From Phallusia mammillata (lineage: Eukaryota), in NCBI GenBank assembly GCA_965637545.1, contig OZ281500.1, positions 3,720,001 to 3,784,000 of the forward strand: a stretch of 64,000 nucleotides of DNA. Direction: 5' to 3'. Within the stretch, counting starts at the first letter, position 1; each line of letters starts with the position of its first letter. The notes under the pieces were generated by a model. The model was not told the origin of the DNA. It made no database searches and saw only the letters and a program-made list of their open reading frames with translations. Of this stretch, positions 24,490-36,900 are shown one piece after another. Made by a program: the position numbers and the translations under genes.

Positions 24490-25104
24490 TATTTCTTATG
24501 GTGCATTAAACGTGTCGATCTATTTTGCATTGAAAGCTGGTGTTGTGCTAATTAATTTAGCACTTTGTCGTAAAACAAATATGCAATGCGCGTGCTGGAG
24601 GAAATGTTATCATTTCAGAAAATAAACAGGTTTAATACCAATTCGCACACACGAATAGCCAATTAAAAGTTCAACCAATCCAGGTGTCGTTTTGGTGACT
24701 GCTTGCGTTGACACATATGTTTTACTTTAGTTTTTACACAAACCTCACAAGGTTTTGTGTAAGCAGAAAGTTAGAAGTAAAGCAAGTGCGAGCTCGTACC
24801 ACCCACGTAAAACGTGAAAAAACATTGTCAAATTCCGATAAAACACATATCCGTTATACTCCCACATACCTAAATGACGTCCAAATAAAAGGAAAAGCAG
24901 TCAACGACCTTTCTCTTGCATTATGACGCAGATTTGTGTGGGACCTGTTCGTCAGAAATCACCTGTCACAAAAACGGAAATCGTTAATATACAGGTTATG
25001 TGCGGCACACAGTTTTACACTGGAATAATTCAATTTCAGTGTATGACTTGCAAGACAGGGCGTTTTAACTAATTGCGGCTAGGTATATTTACATAATGAT
25101 TCAG

Positions 25105-25425
25105 GTTTTTCTATGGTAAGTATACGGATATAAAAACACATTTATGATTAATGTGTCTACACTTACTCTGCAGGGTTTTGAAGGTAGTAAGTACGGCTAT
25201 AACAAAACAATTGTTTAGAGTACGATTCTTTTGAAACTAATGAGTACGGTATGATAAAACAATTGATATCATTGTTATTCATTTGTACTTAGGGTTTTGA
25301 AACTAGTAAATGTGCTATAATAAACAAATGCTATCAGTATTGTTCATTTGTTCGCAGGGTTTTGAAACTAGTAAGTTCGGTTATGATAAACATTTGATAT
25401 CAATATTATTCATTTGCAAGTTTTA
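25105..25425 (+). repeat. Degenerate tandem array of about 65-bp units, each resembling AG | 13-nt micro-exon | GTAAGT intron
   Basis: Cores at 25105-25115 (GTTTTTCTATG), 25174-25186 (GGTTTTGAAGGTA), about 25229-25239 (degenerate), 25293-25305 and 25358-25370 (GGTTTTGAAACTA); the intact ones are preceded by cag/tag and followed by gtaagt/gtaaat; 52-nt spacer between the last two. Confidence 0.75.
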
Positions 25426-26437
25426 GAAAACAGACTATGTTTCGTTAAAGTCTAACAATCAAAAATGCGGGTATGGAGATGTAGATGGAAACGAAATCAA
25501 GTTTCATTCGTCTCAAGTTTTTCGATCATATCTTTGCTTCTATACATTTGGCTACTGTGGGACACTGACAAACGCCAACTGTAAGTAAACACCGACAATG
25601 TTGTTGTTAACTGTCACATCCGTTTTACCCGTTTCCGGATAATAATTACAGTGCAATAGCGTTGTCAACTATAGTTATTAAAATATAGGACCGTTCGCCA
25701 TTGCTGCTGCTGTTTAAACTTTTGTTAAAGTTTCGAATTCGAATAACAAGAAAATCACAAATAAAAAACTAGTGTCAACTATGCTTGAAAACGCTCATAG
25801 CCAAAAGTTTGTTGTCTAACGTTGTGGGCCTATACTTTGCCTTCCGTAAACAATTTACCAATTAAAAGCATATGTAGTCATGGGGATTTATGTAAAGTTA
25901 AATGTATCCCTAAAGCTAACATTTGGAGCCCATTGTCAGTCACGATTTTTTACGTTTATTGTGTATTATTTCGCGGATGGTCACAACATTAGGAAAACCA
26001 CTTCTTCCTTAAAAAGAAACTAAAAGTAGGTATATATGTATGCTGGACATGTTTATTGCAGGGATTATCAGCATGGGAGCGTTCATGCAGAAAAACGATA
26101 ACAGCACACTATAGCAGTTAAACTATGGAACGCCGGACTTGCGGTTCAGAAAGGCAACATTCACATGCGGTTCAGTGCAGCCAAGTTAGAACATATAATT
26201 TCCATGCGGTTTGTCGTTTGTCATTGCGCCATACGACTTAAAACAACGACAGGAGCGTATCCGCTACTTGTGCAATATGAACTGAGGACACATCAGGCGA
26301 TGTATGCCATCCGAAAGTCGAATATTACGCACCGTTGTCGGCTGCTGATTCTACACATGCCATTTTCATTTTTTGGCAGGCAGTTGCTCTGTTGGTAAAG
26401 CGCCAGTCCTGGAGATAAGCTCCTGACGTGTTTTCAA

Positions 26438-28348
26438 ATGCTACCGTTTCTACTGCGTTTTTGCCTACGCGTTACTGCACACAAACGCTTTAATCGGTAA
26501 CACGTCCGTTGTTGTCATGCGCTAACCGTTGTTTTTTTTTTCAACATCAAGTTTTGCTTCAAGCAACACCAACTTCGACAAAGATTTTTAGCGCAAACCA
26601 CTGTAGGTTTTACACAGCTTGCGGTACAGTTCAATCTACCGACAAAATCATTTTTTGCGTTTTCAACATATATATTTCGAAACCTTACCCAAAGTGGGCT
26701 ACACCACGTTTCCATTGTTATAACCCGCCCTGAGAACACGAGTTATCTAAAAATGGAACTATACGCTTTGTTTTAGGGCTGCTTGTAACCTTGAGGAACG
26801 TCTTCTACGATTTATGTCACCCACTCGACCAACGGTCTTGGTTCTCAGTAAAACGTCATTTGAATTTACAAAAACACCAAACATTTCGAATGTTACTTGT
26901 TCTGGCCTAAATGAGTGTCTCAAAAAACAAGGTTGGTACTTAAATGAAAACAAACAAACAAACAAATAATTGAGTCATTTTGAAGATGAAACAATTGTTT
27001 GACTCTATGTACGTACAAAACGACTGTAGTGAATAATATAGTAATGTTAATGGATGTTGTACAATAACATGTTTTAAAAATACCTCAGACGACAGTTGGG
27101 AGTCAGTAAACACCCAGATTATGGGACTACAAGGATAATGTGAAACATGCTCATACATATATCTAACATGATAAACTTCTAATTTACAGACGTAAAGTGG
27201 CGATTGGTTGCTATTGTGAAGTCTCCACCAGGAAACTTTCAACGCAGAAATAAAATCAGAAATTCGTGGGGTTCGCTGCGTTTCATGTACGAAGGTAGAT
27301 TGGACGTCGTGTTTCTGATGGGGAAAGAGCGTTCTGATGAATCCAAACGATTACAGAAGGAACATGATTTAAACGAAGATCTGCTGCAATTTAATAATGA
27401 CGATGCGGTTAAGTAAGTACGTTATGCTTAAAAAAGGGTTGAGTCAAACTGGTGGGTTTCAAGCTTACTTTGCCTGTGTATTACTATAGTAAGTAAGTGT
27501 AACGGTGTACATACATAAGGTCGGGTTCGGGCGCGTCCTAATATTACTTCTAATTGCGAAAACGTTGCTGGGATTTCGTTGTTACCGCACCGACGGCAGT
27601 TTTCTTAATTCCAATTCCGTGGACTCAAATAAAGCCATGAGTTCATAACAATGGAGTTGAGTCCATAAACTGTTATGCGGAGGCACAAAATGATCTGAGA
27701 CCTAAAATGGTGATGAGCTCCCCCAAAAAATAATACTCTTGTTTCAGAAATGTGCCTGTGAAGTCGCTGGCAGAACTACAGTGGGCATCTGCCAATCTTG
27801 ACGACCACCGCTTTATTCTCTCCACTCATGACAACGTCAAACTGAACCCAATCGAATTACTAAACTACACCAAAGCTACAATGCACAAAATGCGGAAAAA
27901 CAAATGGCCTGAATTCCCATTGGTGTGCCCGTACAACCAACTTAAGACATTGCGCGTAAGCAGAAACAAATCAAGCGACTGGTACGCCGCTGTGGAACAT
28001 TTCCAATGGTTGTTTTATCCACCCGCATGCACTGGTGGCACGTATTTGATCAGTGCAGGTGTGGCAAAACTACTTTACACAGAATCACGCAACATTTTAA
28101 GCGTAAGAAAAGGCAACATTTATGTCACAGGACTGCTGCGACGGCAAATTGGCATGCCAGACAAAATGATGCTAGAAGCACCAGAGAATGTAATTTTGGA
28201 TTCTGAGGTGTATACAACCCCCACAAACACATCAAGAAAGTTCAACAAGTTTTGGGCTCAAACTTTGGGGTTACTAAGCAAAGTACCTCAATGCATATGT
28301 AATCCAAACGATGTTTTAAACAAAGAAGATGTTTTGGGGAAGGGTTAG
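26438..28348 (+). CDS. Second GT31-like gene (tandem paralog) with degenerate catalytic motifs; first coding exon uncertain
   Basis: Exons 26777-26931, 27190-27412 (223 nt, same length as the paralog's exon 3) and 27748-28348 with the same intron phases as the upstream gene; KSPPGNFQRRNKIRNSW, KWPEFPLVC, YPPACTGGTY. Exon 1 candidate 26438-26496 (phase 2) lacks a good TM, so the start is low confidence. Confidence 0.8.
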
Positions 28349-29178
28349 TTGACTCGTCAGGACATTTGACTCTATAACCATGTTTTTTTCTGTTCAATAA
28401 TGGAACTGTAATGATAAAGTGACTATGCAAATAAAACTGAACTTGACTTAGTTCAGGGGTCGGCAACCCCAGGCATGTGTGGAAAGGTTCATGCAACAAC
28501 AAACGATTTGTGTGTTTAAAGTACTAATTTAACAGTTACATTGCTTGTTTTCAGTTGTTTATCAGTCAATTTCAATATTCCTAAAATCTCGACAACACAC
28601 ACAAATCTGTCTGCCTTCCCTTTACTATTGATATCAGCTGGCACAAACCACTATCACTCAGCAAAATTTTGGCATGCATAGTCATTACCACATGGAAGCA
28701 ACAGGTAAATTAGCATGAGTCACAAAAGAGGAAAAATGCTGTTTCAAACTGTATGTTTTGATGTGTTTCTCACTTTTTCTTCACTAATACTGCATTGGTA
28801 ATAAACATCATATTTTTGTATTAGTAAGTTCTGTACATTCAGATTTATATACCTATTTTATATACTGCAAGTATAAAACTAACATAAACCTAATCCAAAA
28901 CAAGAAATGCAATGTTTTTAGTCAAGTTTTAGGGACAATGTATTATTTGACTATCATCCAAATATATTTGGGCTCCCAAATCTGAAAATGTAAACACATT
29001 TCAATGCAGTTTTCAGATTTTAAACCCATAAAGATATTAATACATCATAAGTACACAGTGTAGAAGTTGTTTTAACAAACACACACAAAAAACATGCACA
29101 CTTCCACAAAAGTTTCTTGGCCACAAACAAGGAATTTTCCCTTTTTTGCCCATACCAACAACCAACAACATATGATAC

Positions 29179-29366
29179 CAGTGATTTCTAACCTTGGTTG
29201 ACGAATTCCTCTCTTAACAATTCAAAACATTTTAATTCCTCCCCCAAAAGAATAGATGGCAGATGCTTAACCATACAAAAAAGATTTAAAATTAGATCTT
29301 TTGTCAACTTCATAGGTTATATTTCCAGAACTGAGGTGTGTATTTACTTCCGGTTTGGAACCACTG
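29179..29366. mobile_element. hAT (Buster-like) MITE (188 bp)
   Basis: Ends CAGTGATTTCTAACC / GGTTTGGAACCACTG; TSD tatgatac / tattatac (7/8); subterminal sequence (gaattcctctcttaacaattc) is shared in reverse complement with the 57898-58135 element. Confidence 0.75.
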
Positions 29367-30949
29367 TATTATACCATCAAAAACAAACCTTTGTAGTCCA
29401 TAGATTACTCATCGACATTGTGGTCCATGGATTATGCTTTGTTGTTTCTGTATTTGTATCAACTCTCTGTGTTGCTGTGGAGATCCTAGATTTAAGCACA
29501 TAAACAACCAAATTTACACTTGCATCACCAAGAGAATATTTACATTGACAGTTAGAAGTTAAATACATATTTTCATTTCACAACACACATATGCTGGTGT
29601 GGTATGCAACACAACATAGCTTTTGTGTATCCCACAGACCTTTGAACGAATAAATAAATTATGCAGCTAAATGTATTTTCATGTATTTTGTTTGGAAAAT
29701 ATTTTAGCTAATCTGGGTCATTTTTTAATGATCATCACACCAATTATGTTAACATTATTTCAGAAATATTGTTACAAGCTATTGCCATAATAATATCAAC
29801 CAATGTGGAAATTACTGATGGTAACAATAAATTGATGAAAGTTGTACATTGTCAACAAAACATCAGCCAAAATATCCCGATTATTTCATCAGCAGAGGTA
29901 GGTAACCATTTAAATGGAATTAGTTTGAATGTACGACTATGTATTTAGTTTTATTTAAACGAAAGTAAAGCACTATAAGCACGAAAGGTATACCTTTCTG
30001 CTTTCTTTAAATGTTTTGAAGTTGTCTTCAAGTTCCCAACGTCACATGCCCATCCATTTGTATTCTCGTTGTGTAGGTGTCTTTATCTTTTTTTCTTCTT
30101 TTCTTTCAATCAGCATGCTTCAACTAAATCCAATTATTTACGGCATTTTCTCATAACTTCAAAATAAAAAAGTTCCTAAAGTTTTCTGCAAAACAAAAAT
30201 TTGTTGATAAATTTGCCGCCAAAAATCTTCACAATGGTTCAGCCATTCTGACTGCTCAACAGCGGAAACTTATCCTCGGTTTATTGCACAAACGTTGATT
30301 GTTGTTTAAAGAAAAATAATTAAAAATAGCTAATTTAGGATAGAACATGCTAATTTTACCAACCTTAGGCAAAAATAATATTTTTTTATCTCTCGTCACA
30401 CTTGGATTTATATTCGGCATGGTCTACTGGTTTTGTCACACGTGATTGACTACACAAGTGTTGTTAGTTGCAATGGTGGGATTCCAAAATAAACCGCGAC
30501 AGTCTGACCTCATGAACGTCAGGCAATGGCTGTTTTTTTCTTTATTTGCGTTGCAAGTAATTGGATAATATAAGGGAGTTTTTCCAAGTGTATTAAATTG
30601 GATTTTTTCTGGCAGGTTTTTTTTACCTAAATTGGCCATCGTTAAATTAGTAGAAGATTTCATGCAGATGCAAACAGAAAGTGTTTTCACTGGAATGCAA
30701 ATAGAAAGTAAACAATTGCATAGGGTAACTTGCAGTTTTACAGCGCTAACTTGCAGTTGAGGCTGTAAAGTAAAAACAGATGTATTTATTGCGGTTATGA
30801 CTAAAACAGTATTTGACTTAATCCTAAATTTAAAAACATTTTTAGTTGCAATGCACAAAACTGAAAAAAAATTGTTTATGCAATTTAATAAAAGGATAAA
30901 AGAATACAGAAAGTTAGATGTTTGTATGGTGAGGTAGGGTTTGAACAAA

Positions 30950-33900
30950 ATGACATCCAAAATCCGGCAAGTGGGATTGGTAACTGCTGGTTGTCAGCCA
31001 TGGAATAACAACATGGTGTCGGGTTGTGGACCCACATTTGCTTATTGTGCAACATTAGCTGTCTACATATATCAGGTTTGACTTAGCTTTATGGTTTGAA
31101 ATTTTAGTAATGTTCTTGTTGTCTTTGTGTGGAATTCTCGGAACACACTTATGTTATAGTTACCATATTGTTTAAATTGTTTTTACTGTATAAATGTCTC
31201 TGTTTACAATATGTTTTGAAAATGTAAACAACATGTTTAAAGGGTCACGTCTGTATTTTATAGCTACCAGGATTCTGTGCAAAAGAAATACACTAATTAT
31301 TGGAACATGCAATAACCTTGACTATCCTAATTTATGAAAAACTGCAGTTTTGGTTATAAATGACCAACTAGAATTGTCTGAGAAAAGCACCAGTAGGTCA
31401 TTAAAAAAACAAAACACTGTTTTTAGCACATCTAATGTGAGACAAAGTGTAAAAACAAAGTTATGATTTGCAGTATGATTCTGCTTATGAGGAGTACAAG
31501 TTAACATCAATCAATGCATCACACTCCAAAACAATTCTGTCTTTATCATGGAACATGGGAAATGGTGATGTGTTTGCTACTGGAGGTGCAGACCACTTGA
31601 TCTGTGTTTGGGATGTCAAGAAACGCAAGTGTATTACCAAATTGGAAAACACACAATGTATGTAACATTTTATATAGTACTTAAATTCTAAAAAAATTGA
31701 AGGTTAATTTATGGCGTTCCCTCTGGAATGATTTCACAGTTGCCATTTGTAGTTGAGTATTTCTTATCTCATATCATCCAACTTAACCCTATTTCCAAAC
31801 ATGTTATGTGTTATTTTACCAAATCAGGTTTGAACTAGATTTAATGCAACAACATAGATTCAATAACTCCTCAGTCAAGTAAATTTATCTTTTCTTAAAC
31901 ATTTTGCACACATCATACGTGTTTCCAATTGCTATGGCGAAGTAATCACTTTAAGCCCAACCTTTTTTGACCAACACAGGTTATCCAAGATGTATTTGCT
32001 GGATACCTGACAAGAAACAATCAACATCTTTGGCATTTTCTGGCCAGCAAGGGCCAATACACATATGGGATACAATTTCAAATTCTGTCACATCATTAGA
32101 TGCCACAAATGGCTTTGACTGTCATATTAGCCTCTTCAAATGGCATCATACTGACCCAAAAAAGTTTGTTGTCGGACACAGCGATGGAAGTCTTTCTCTG
32201 TTTTTATCTGGTAATTTTTGTTTCATGCAAATTTAATATATTTGTTAATAAACCAAAGATCCTATGTCATTATGAAAACTAGATTAACCTTGGATATGAA
32301 ATTCATCTGGGCTTAATTGAATGTTGTAAAAGTTGTAAAAGACCATATTTTTTGACTGTCTTTAAATTGATGAGTATCGGTAGTATAATATTTATTCATA
32401 AATATATAAGTATTAGGTAGCAATGAAATGTTTATGGTTTGACTTCACTTTGCAGGAAAGCGAAATAAACACTGTTTAAGGCCATCAGAAGAATCAAATA
32501 CAGGTGACGTCGACCCAGTACTGGCAGTTTTATGGGATCCTCTCTCATCTGACTATTTGCTTGTGTCAAGAAAAGTGTCAGGTTAAAGAGTATTTGCTTG
32601 TTTTGTGTTTAAACTCATAGTTCATAATGCTTGGCATAAAATGTTAAACCCCCAAGTTAATTCCAATGTTCAAAATCTATTCTATAGTTAAAGTAAATAA
32701 ATTTACATTTTTTCTCAAATTTATATTTTTTTGTTTGAAAAAAGTTTGTTCTAATTCCAAAACCTTTTCTTAGGAATGCAACTGGTGGACACAAATTCAT
32801 TGTCTGTAATCACAGAATTTATGATGCCCAGCAAAATGATTTCCACTAAATCATTATCCTGGGTTGATTCTGCACCGGGAATGTTTATCACTGGAGGTAA
32901 ATACAGTTGCTAATGTTTATTTCATGAAACACTGAAATTGTGTTGTTATGTCTGGGCAACAAATCTATTGAAATGTTTCTCAATTGTAATGTATACTAAA
33001 TTTCATATGGGTTGTTCGGGTACATGACAAAATGTAATCTTTTTAATGTTTTTGTGATCCATTATTTAAGCCAGGCTATTAAATATTAAAATTCAGCCAT
33101 TGCATTTCAAGCTCTTGGGCTACACTTAACTGATGCACATAATGTTGCTCAGGCATTTGGCATTGTACAACTGTTATAAAACCTTAAATAAGTTTTTAAT
33201 GAGAATTTAAAACCTTAAAAATGTTTAAAAACTAAAAAATAGTGGCTATTGGTTTCTTGCTTAAGCTTATTATTTTTATGCCATGGTTTATTAATTCTGG
33301 AGGATTTTGACAACTTACGATATGTATGTTACTGTACTATGGTACAAATACTACTTAACGATTTCATTTTTAGTCTGTAATTAAGAGAAATGAAGATATA
33401 CAAAATTTCATCTGCTAATCCATGCCGATGCTCCTTTTGTGAATGCAAACCAAAACCATTCATCAAACCTGTCTTCTTGCTAACACATTGTTATTTAATT
33501 TAAAAAAAGGTTTTTCACTGTGCATTGAGCATGGAAAACCCTGAACTGAAGTTTTGTACAACAAGTTTTGGTTTTAGACCAGGAGGCTGGTGTTTTACGA
33601 TTATGGAGTGTATCTCATTCTTCACCGCTGGAAAGCATTAAACTAAAGGCGACTGGCTTTCATTGTCTACATGCCCTCGACACAATGCATTCCCAACCAA
33701 GTAAGCTTGTATGCTCAACTTAATTGTTGTATATGACATATTTTATCATGATGAACATTTTGTTGTTTGAACTTCGATATGCTAAAAGCTTTTTTTTCAA
33801 AAAACAAACTTTCAAGTTAATTGAGTTGAGTTAATTTTGATTCAAAGAAAACATAGCCACAAAATAGTAATAAACAATGACCAAGTTGGAAATACCTGGG

Positions 33901-36900
33901 CAGCGTTAAAATGTTATGGAGGCTATGAAAGATAATATGAAACTAAACTGTTTTAGGTCAGGACTTACAGAAACGAACTTCAAACTTGGAAGTATCAAGG
34001 AACCGGCTTGGTTCAACAGCTTCCAATCAGGCCTATTCAGTTCCACCAGCCCACGTTGTTTGCACATTCGCAGATGGTGGAGTCGGCCTATATAATCTCC
34101 AACATAAAAAGTGGAACTTTTTACGAGAGCAGGTTTGGGATTTTTGGATTGGTCATTGATTTGCAAACAAAGATTTTACTGCCTAGGAACTCATTTGAAT
34201 ACAATTTACAAGGTTAAATAATAACACACAAAGGAAAAGGCAATTTGAGTCCATTGACAACCTTTTAAGCAAAGACAACAAGAGAAAACCATTTTAAAGT
34301 TTAACAATTATTTCCAATATATATTAAAAGCTAATCCATGATAATAAATACATTACTTTTGATGTTACAAAAAAAATATCATACCTAATTGGCTTCAACA
34401 AAACCGATATGCTTGAACATGTAACCCAAAGTTAGTTTTGCATTCTTAAAGTTTAAAGACATGTACTTAAAAGTTAGGCAAAGAGAATGCAAATGGTAAG
34501 TGACATTTTTGATTGAATGGAAATATATCTAAACCTCATTTTTTACGCTTGGAAGCAAAATTGTCATAAAGAAAAATTGCTTTGTTCAATATTGTGATAA
34601 TCCATCTGCAATTCAAAGCAGGATTTTTGCTAGGCCTTAAAATATTCATTTTGTTTGGAATTACAAACGAGCAGGTGCACTCACATTTAGTTATGTTTAA
34701 ATTACAGGCCCATATTGAAACCATATTTGACTGCAAATTCAAACCGGACAACCCAAAGATCTTGGCCACAGGGTCATTTGATGGGACAGCCAAGCTATGG
34801 TCAGTCGATGACCTCACCACAATTCAAACCACCAATGGCAATGAAGGAGTCATTTATTCTGTTTCATGGGCACCTGGTAAGAATAATTATACTTTACTTG
34901 AGTTTTTGTCTTTTTACAGGAGTTGTTAATTAATACTACAATGTTATTATTTAAATGCTTTGGCCATCTTAAACGGTCGTAGGTGTATAGAATTTTGCCC
35001 AGACTTTAGACCTTGGTGTACCTACCAGTTAACCGGAGGCCCTAAAAACGTGTCCTTTTATTGACAAGGTTTTGGTGCTTCCCGCGAAAATGTGTTTACT
35101 ATATTAAATGTACTCATAAAACCTTTCCCGCGATATTTATTGCTATGGAACGGCTTTAAGTTGTCAAACCAACACACCATTATAGCGGCATTGAAGCGTT
35201 TTAGTCTTGCCACTAGTGTTAGCAATGGAAAACTTTTATCCAGATTTATATCTTGTTGTAACATGTTGTAATGTGACTTGTCATTCGTATGTAGGTGCAT
35301 TGATAACTACGTGTGAACGAGCATTCCGACATTACTTGTTTACATGTTTTCTTGGCCCATTGCGTTAGCCACCATGTGGAAATTCGCCAGAACCTTTCAG
35401 GTGGTTCGCGAGTAGCTTTCTGTCAAACTCAATTAAAGTCAGATCAAGAATTGCAACTCATCTACCCCAAACAGATCAGCCCTGGTTTTGGGCGAAACTC
35501 GTGTTTTAGACATTTTTCAGGAATTGCCAACCTTGCGGGATTCAGAATTATGTTAGCCTGGTCTTAAAAAGGCCTTTTCCTTGGCCTACCTATTCAAACC
35601 GGGTTTAGGTGGTACGCAGCGATAGAAAACGTCCCCAGTTGGTACGCGATCCGTAAATGTTAGATTTAGATGTCTACTTGGAAAGCAAATTTAAGATTTT
35701 TTTTTATACCCAGTAAAAACCGATTTGACAAGCTCCTTGGCCAAAGTAATTTTAAATACAATGAACCATAAGCTCTTGTAAATCCCTTTCTATACCGAAA
35801 GATTAATTCAAGCGTAAAAGACGATTATCTTGAAAAGCCCTTGACGGCATTCGACCATTGAATGAAAATCAAACAAATGTTGTTAAGTACTCATACATAT
35901 TTTGCAGCCGACTTGAACTGCCTTGCTTGTGGTACCAGAAAACGCGGTGTGTTCATTTGGGACTTGAACCAAGGCAAAGTCATACGACGCTTTAAGGAGG
36001 TCAGTATATCTTGTAACTTGGTGATAACGATTTACCCAAAGCAAACACTATGGGCGCGAACATCGCCATAAATTGCTCAATCTTGTTTGGTTTCTGTTTG
36101 CTTACTCGCTATAGCGTCTTGTGGGTCTTATTTGCTGTATACACTGGCCTTGGTTGTATAACGCTAGCTAACCTAATCTATTACAACGCAAGCTAACTTG
36201 ATCTATGTTGACCAATTGATCCGTATACGCCGATTTCTTATAAACTTCGAGGAGTGCTATTTTCGCTTACAAAGGGCCAAATTTTAAGCTTTCCAAAACT
36301 TTGGTGTACAATTTTAATTTCTGTGTTTTCAGAAAAGTGGTACAACACTAAAATCTGAATCTGTTTTGCGTCCATTAAGAGTTACAAAATCAAAATATTA
36401 CATCCTTGTTATTGTAAATTAATTATTTCGAGTAACTTAAAAACTTGAATAGTGCAGTTTTATTAATTATACATAACAAGAAATAAGAATACAATAGGGG
36501 AAAAAGTTAACTGTTTAATTTTGAAACATATATTTTGACAATACAGTAGCGGCGGTTAGTTTTTGCTTCAGTGGGTTTAAATGTTTCCAAACAATACTTC
36601 TATAAGTTTTCGTGCCTATCAAAACAACGCCTGTCTTGACTGCTCTGGCCATGGTAACAATGGGTTGTTTAAAGATAACATTCACTTGTTTCAATCAACA
36701 AAACTGTTTATTTCTCCGTATCTAACAACAATCAGTACTGTACTGTATTGTTTCAAACAACCATTGCCGGATGCACACTTAATTAGGGCTCCACTTTGTG
36801 GTTATCAACAACTCCGTTTGTAATATAACCAGGGAGTCGAACCGCTTGTTATGTGAATTTATGTTTAAGTAAGACTGTACTTTGTTTTTGCAGCACGGTC

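Noticed and set aside
25105-25425. Repeat-spacer pattern (GGTTTTGAAACTA) superficially like a CRISPR array
   Set aside because: Spacers are similar to one another rather than unique, the repeat is only 13 nt, there are no cas genes and the context is eukaryotic.
28550-30120. Possible spliced gene between the GT31 pair and WDR17 (candidate exons 29764-29897 +, 29486-29390 -, donor near 29989 -)
   Set aside because: Individual exon-like pieces are open, but I could not build an ATG-to-stop chain on either strand; possibly lncRNA or chance.
30436-30960. 174-aa minus-strand ORF overlapping the WDR17 start
   Set aside because: AT-rich low-complexity translation with no domain and no splice support; likely a chance ORF in the promoter region.
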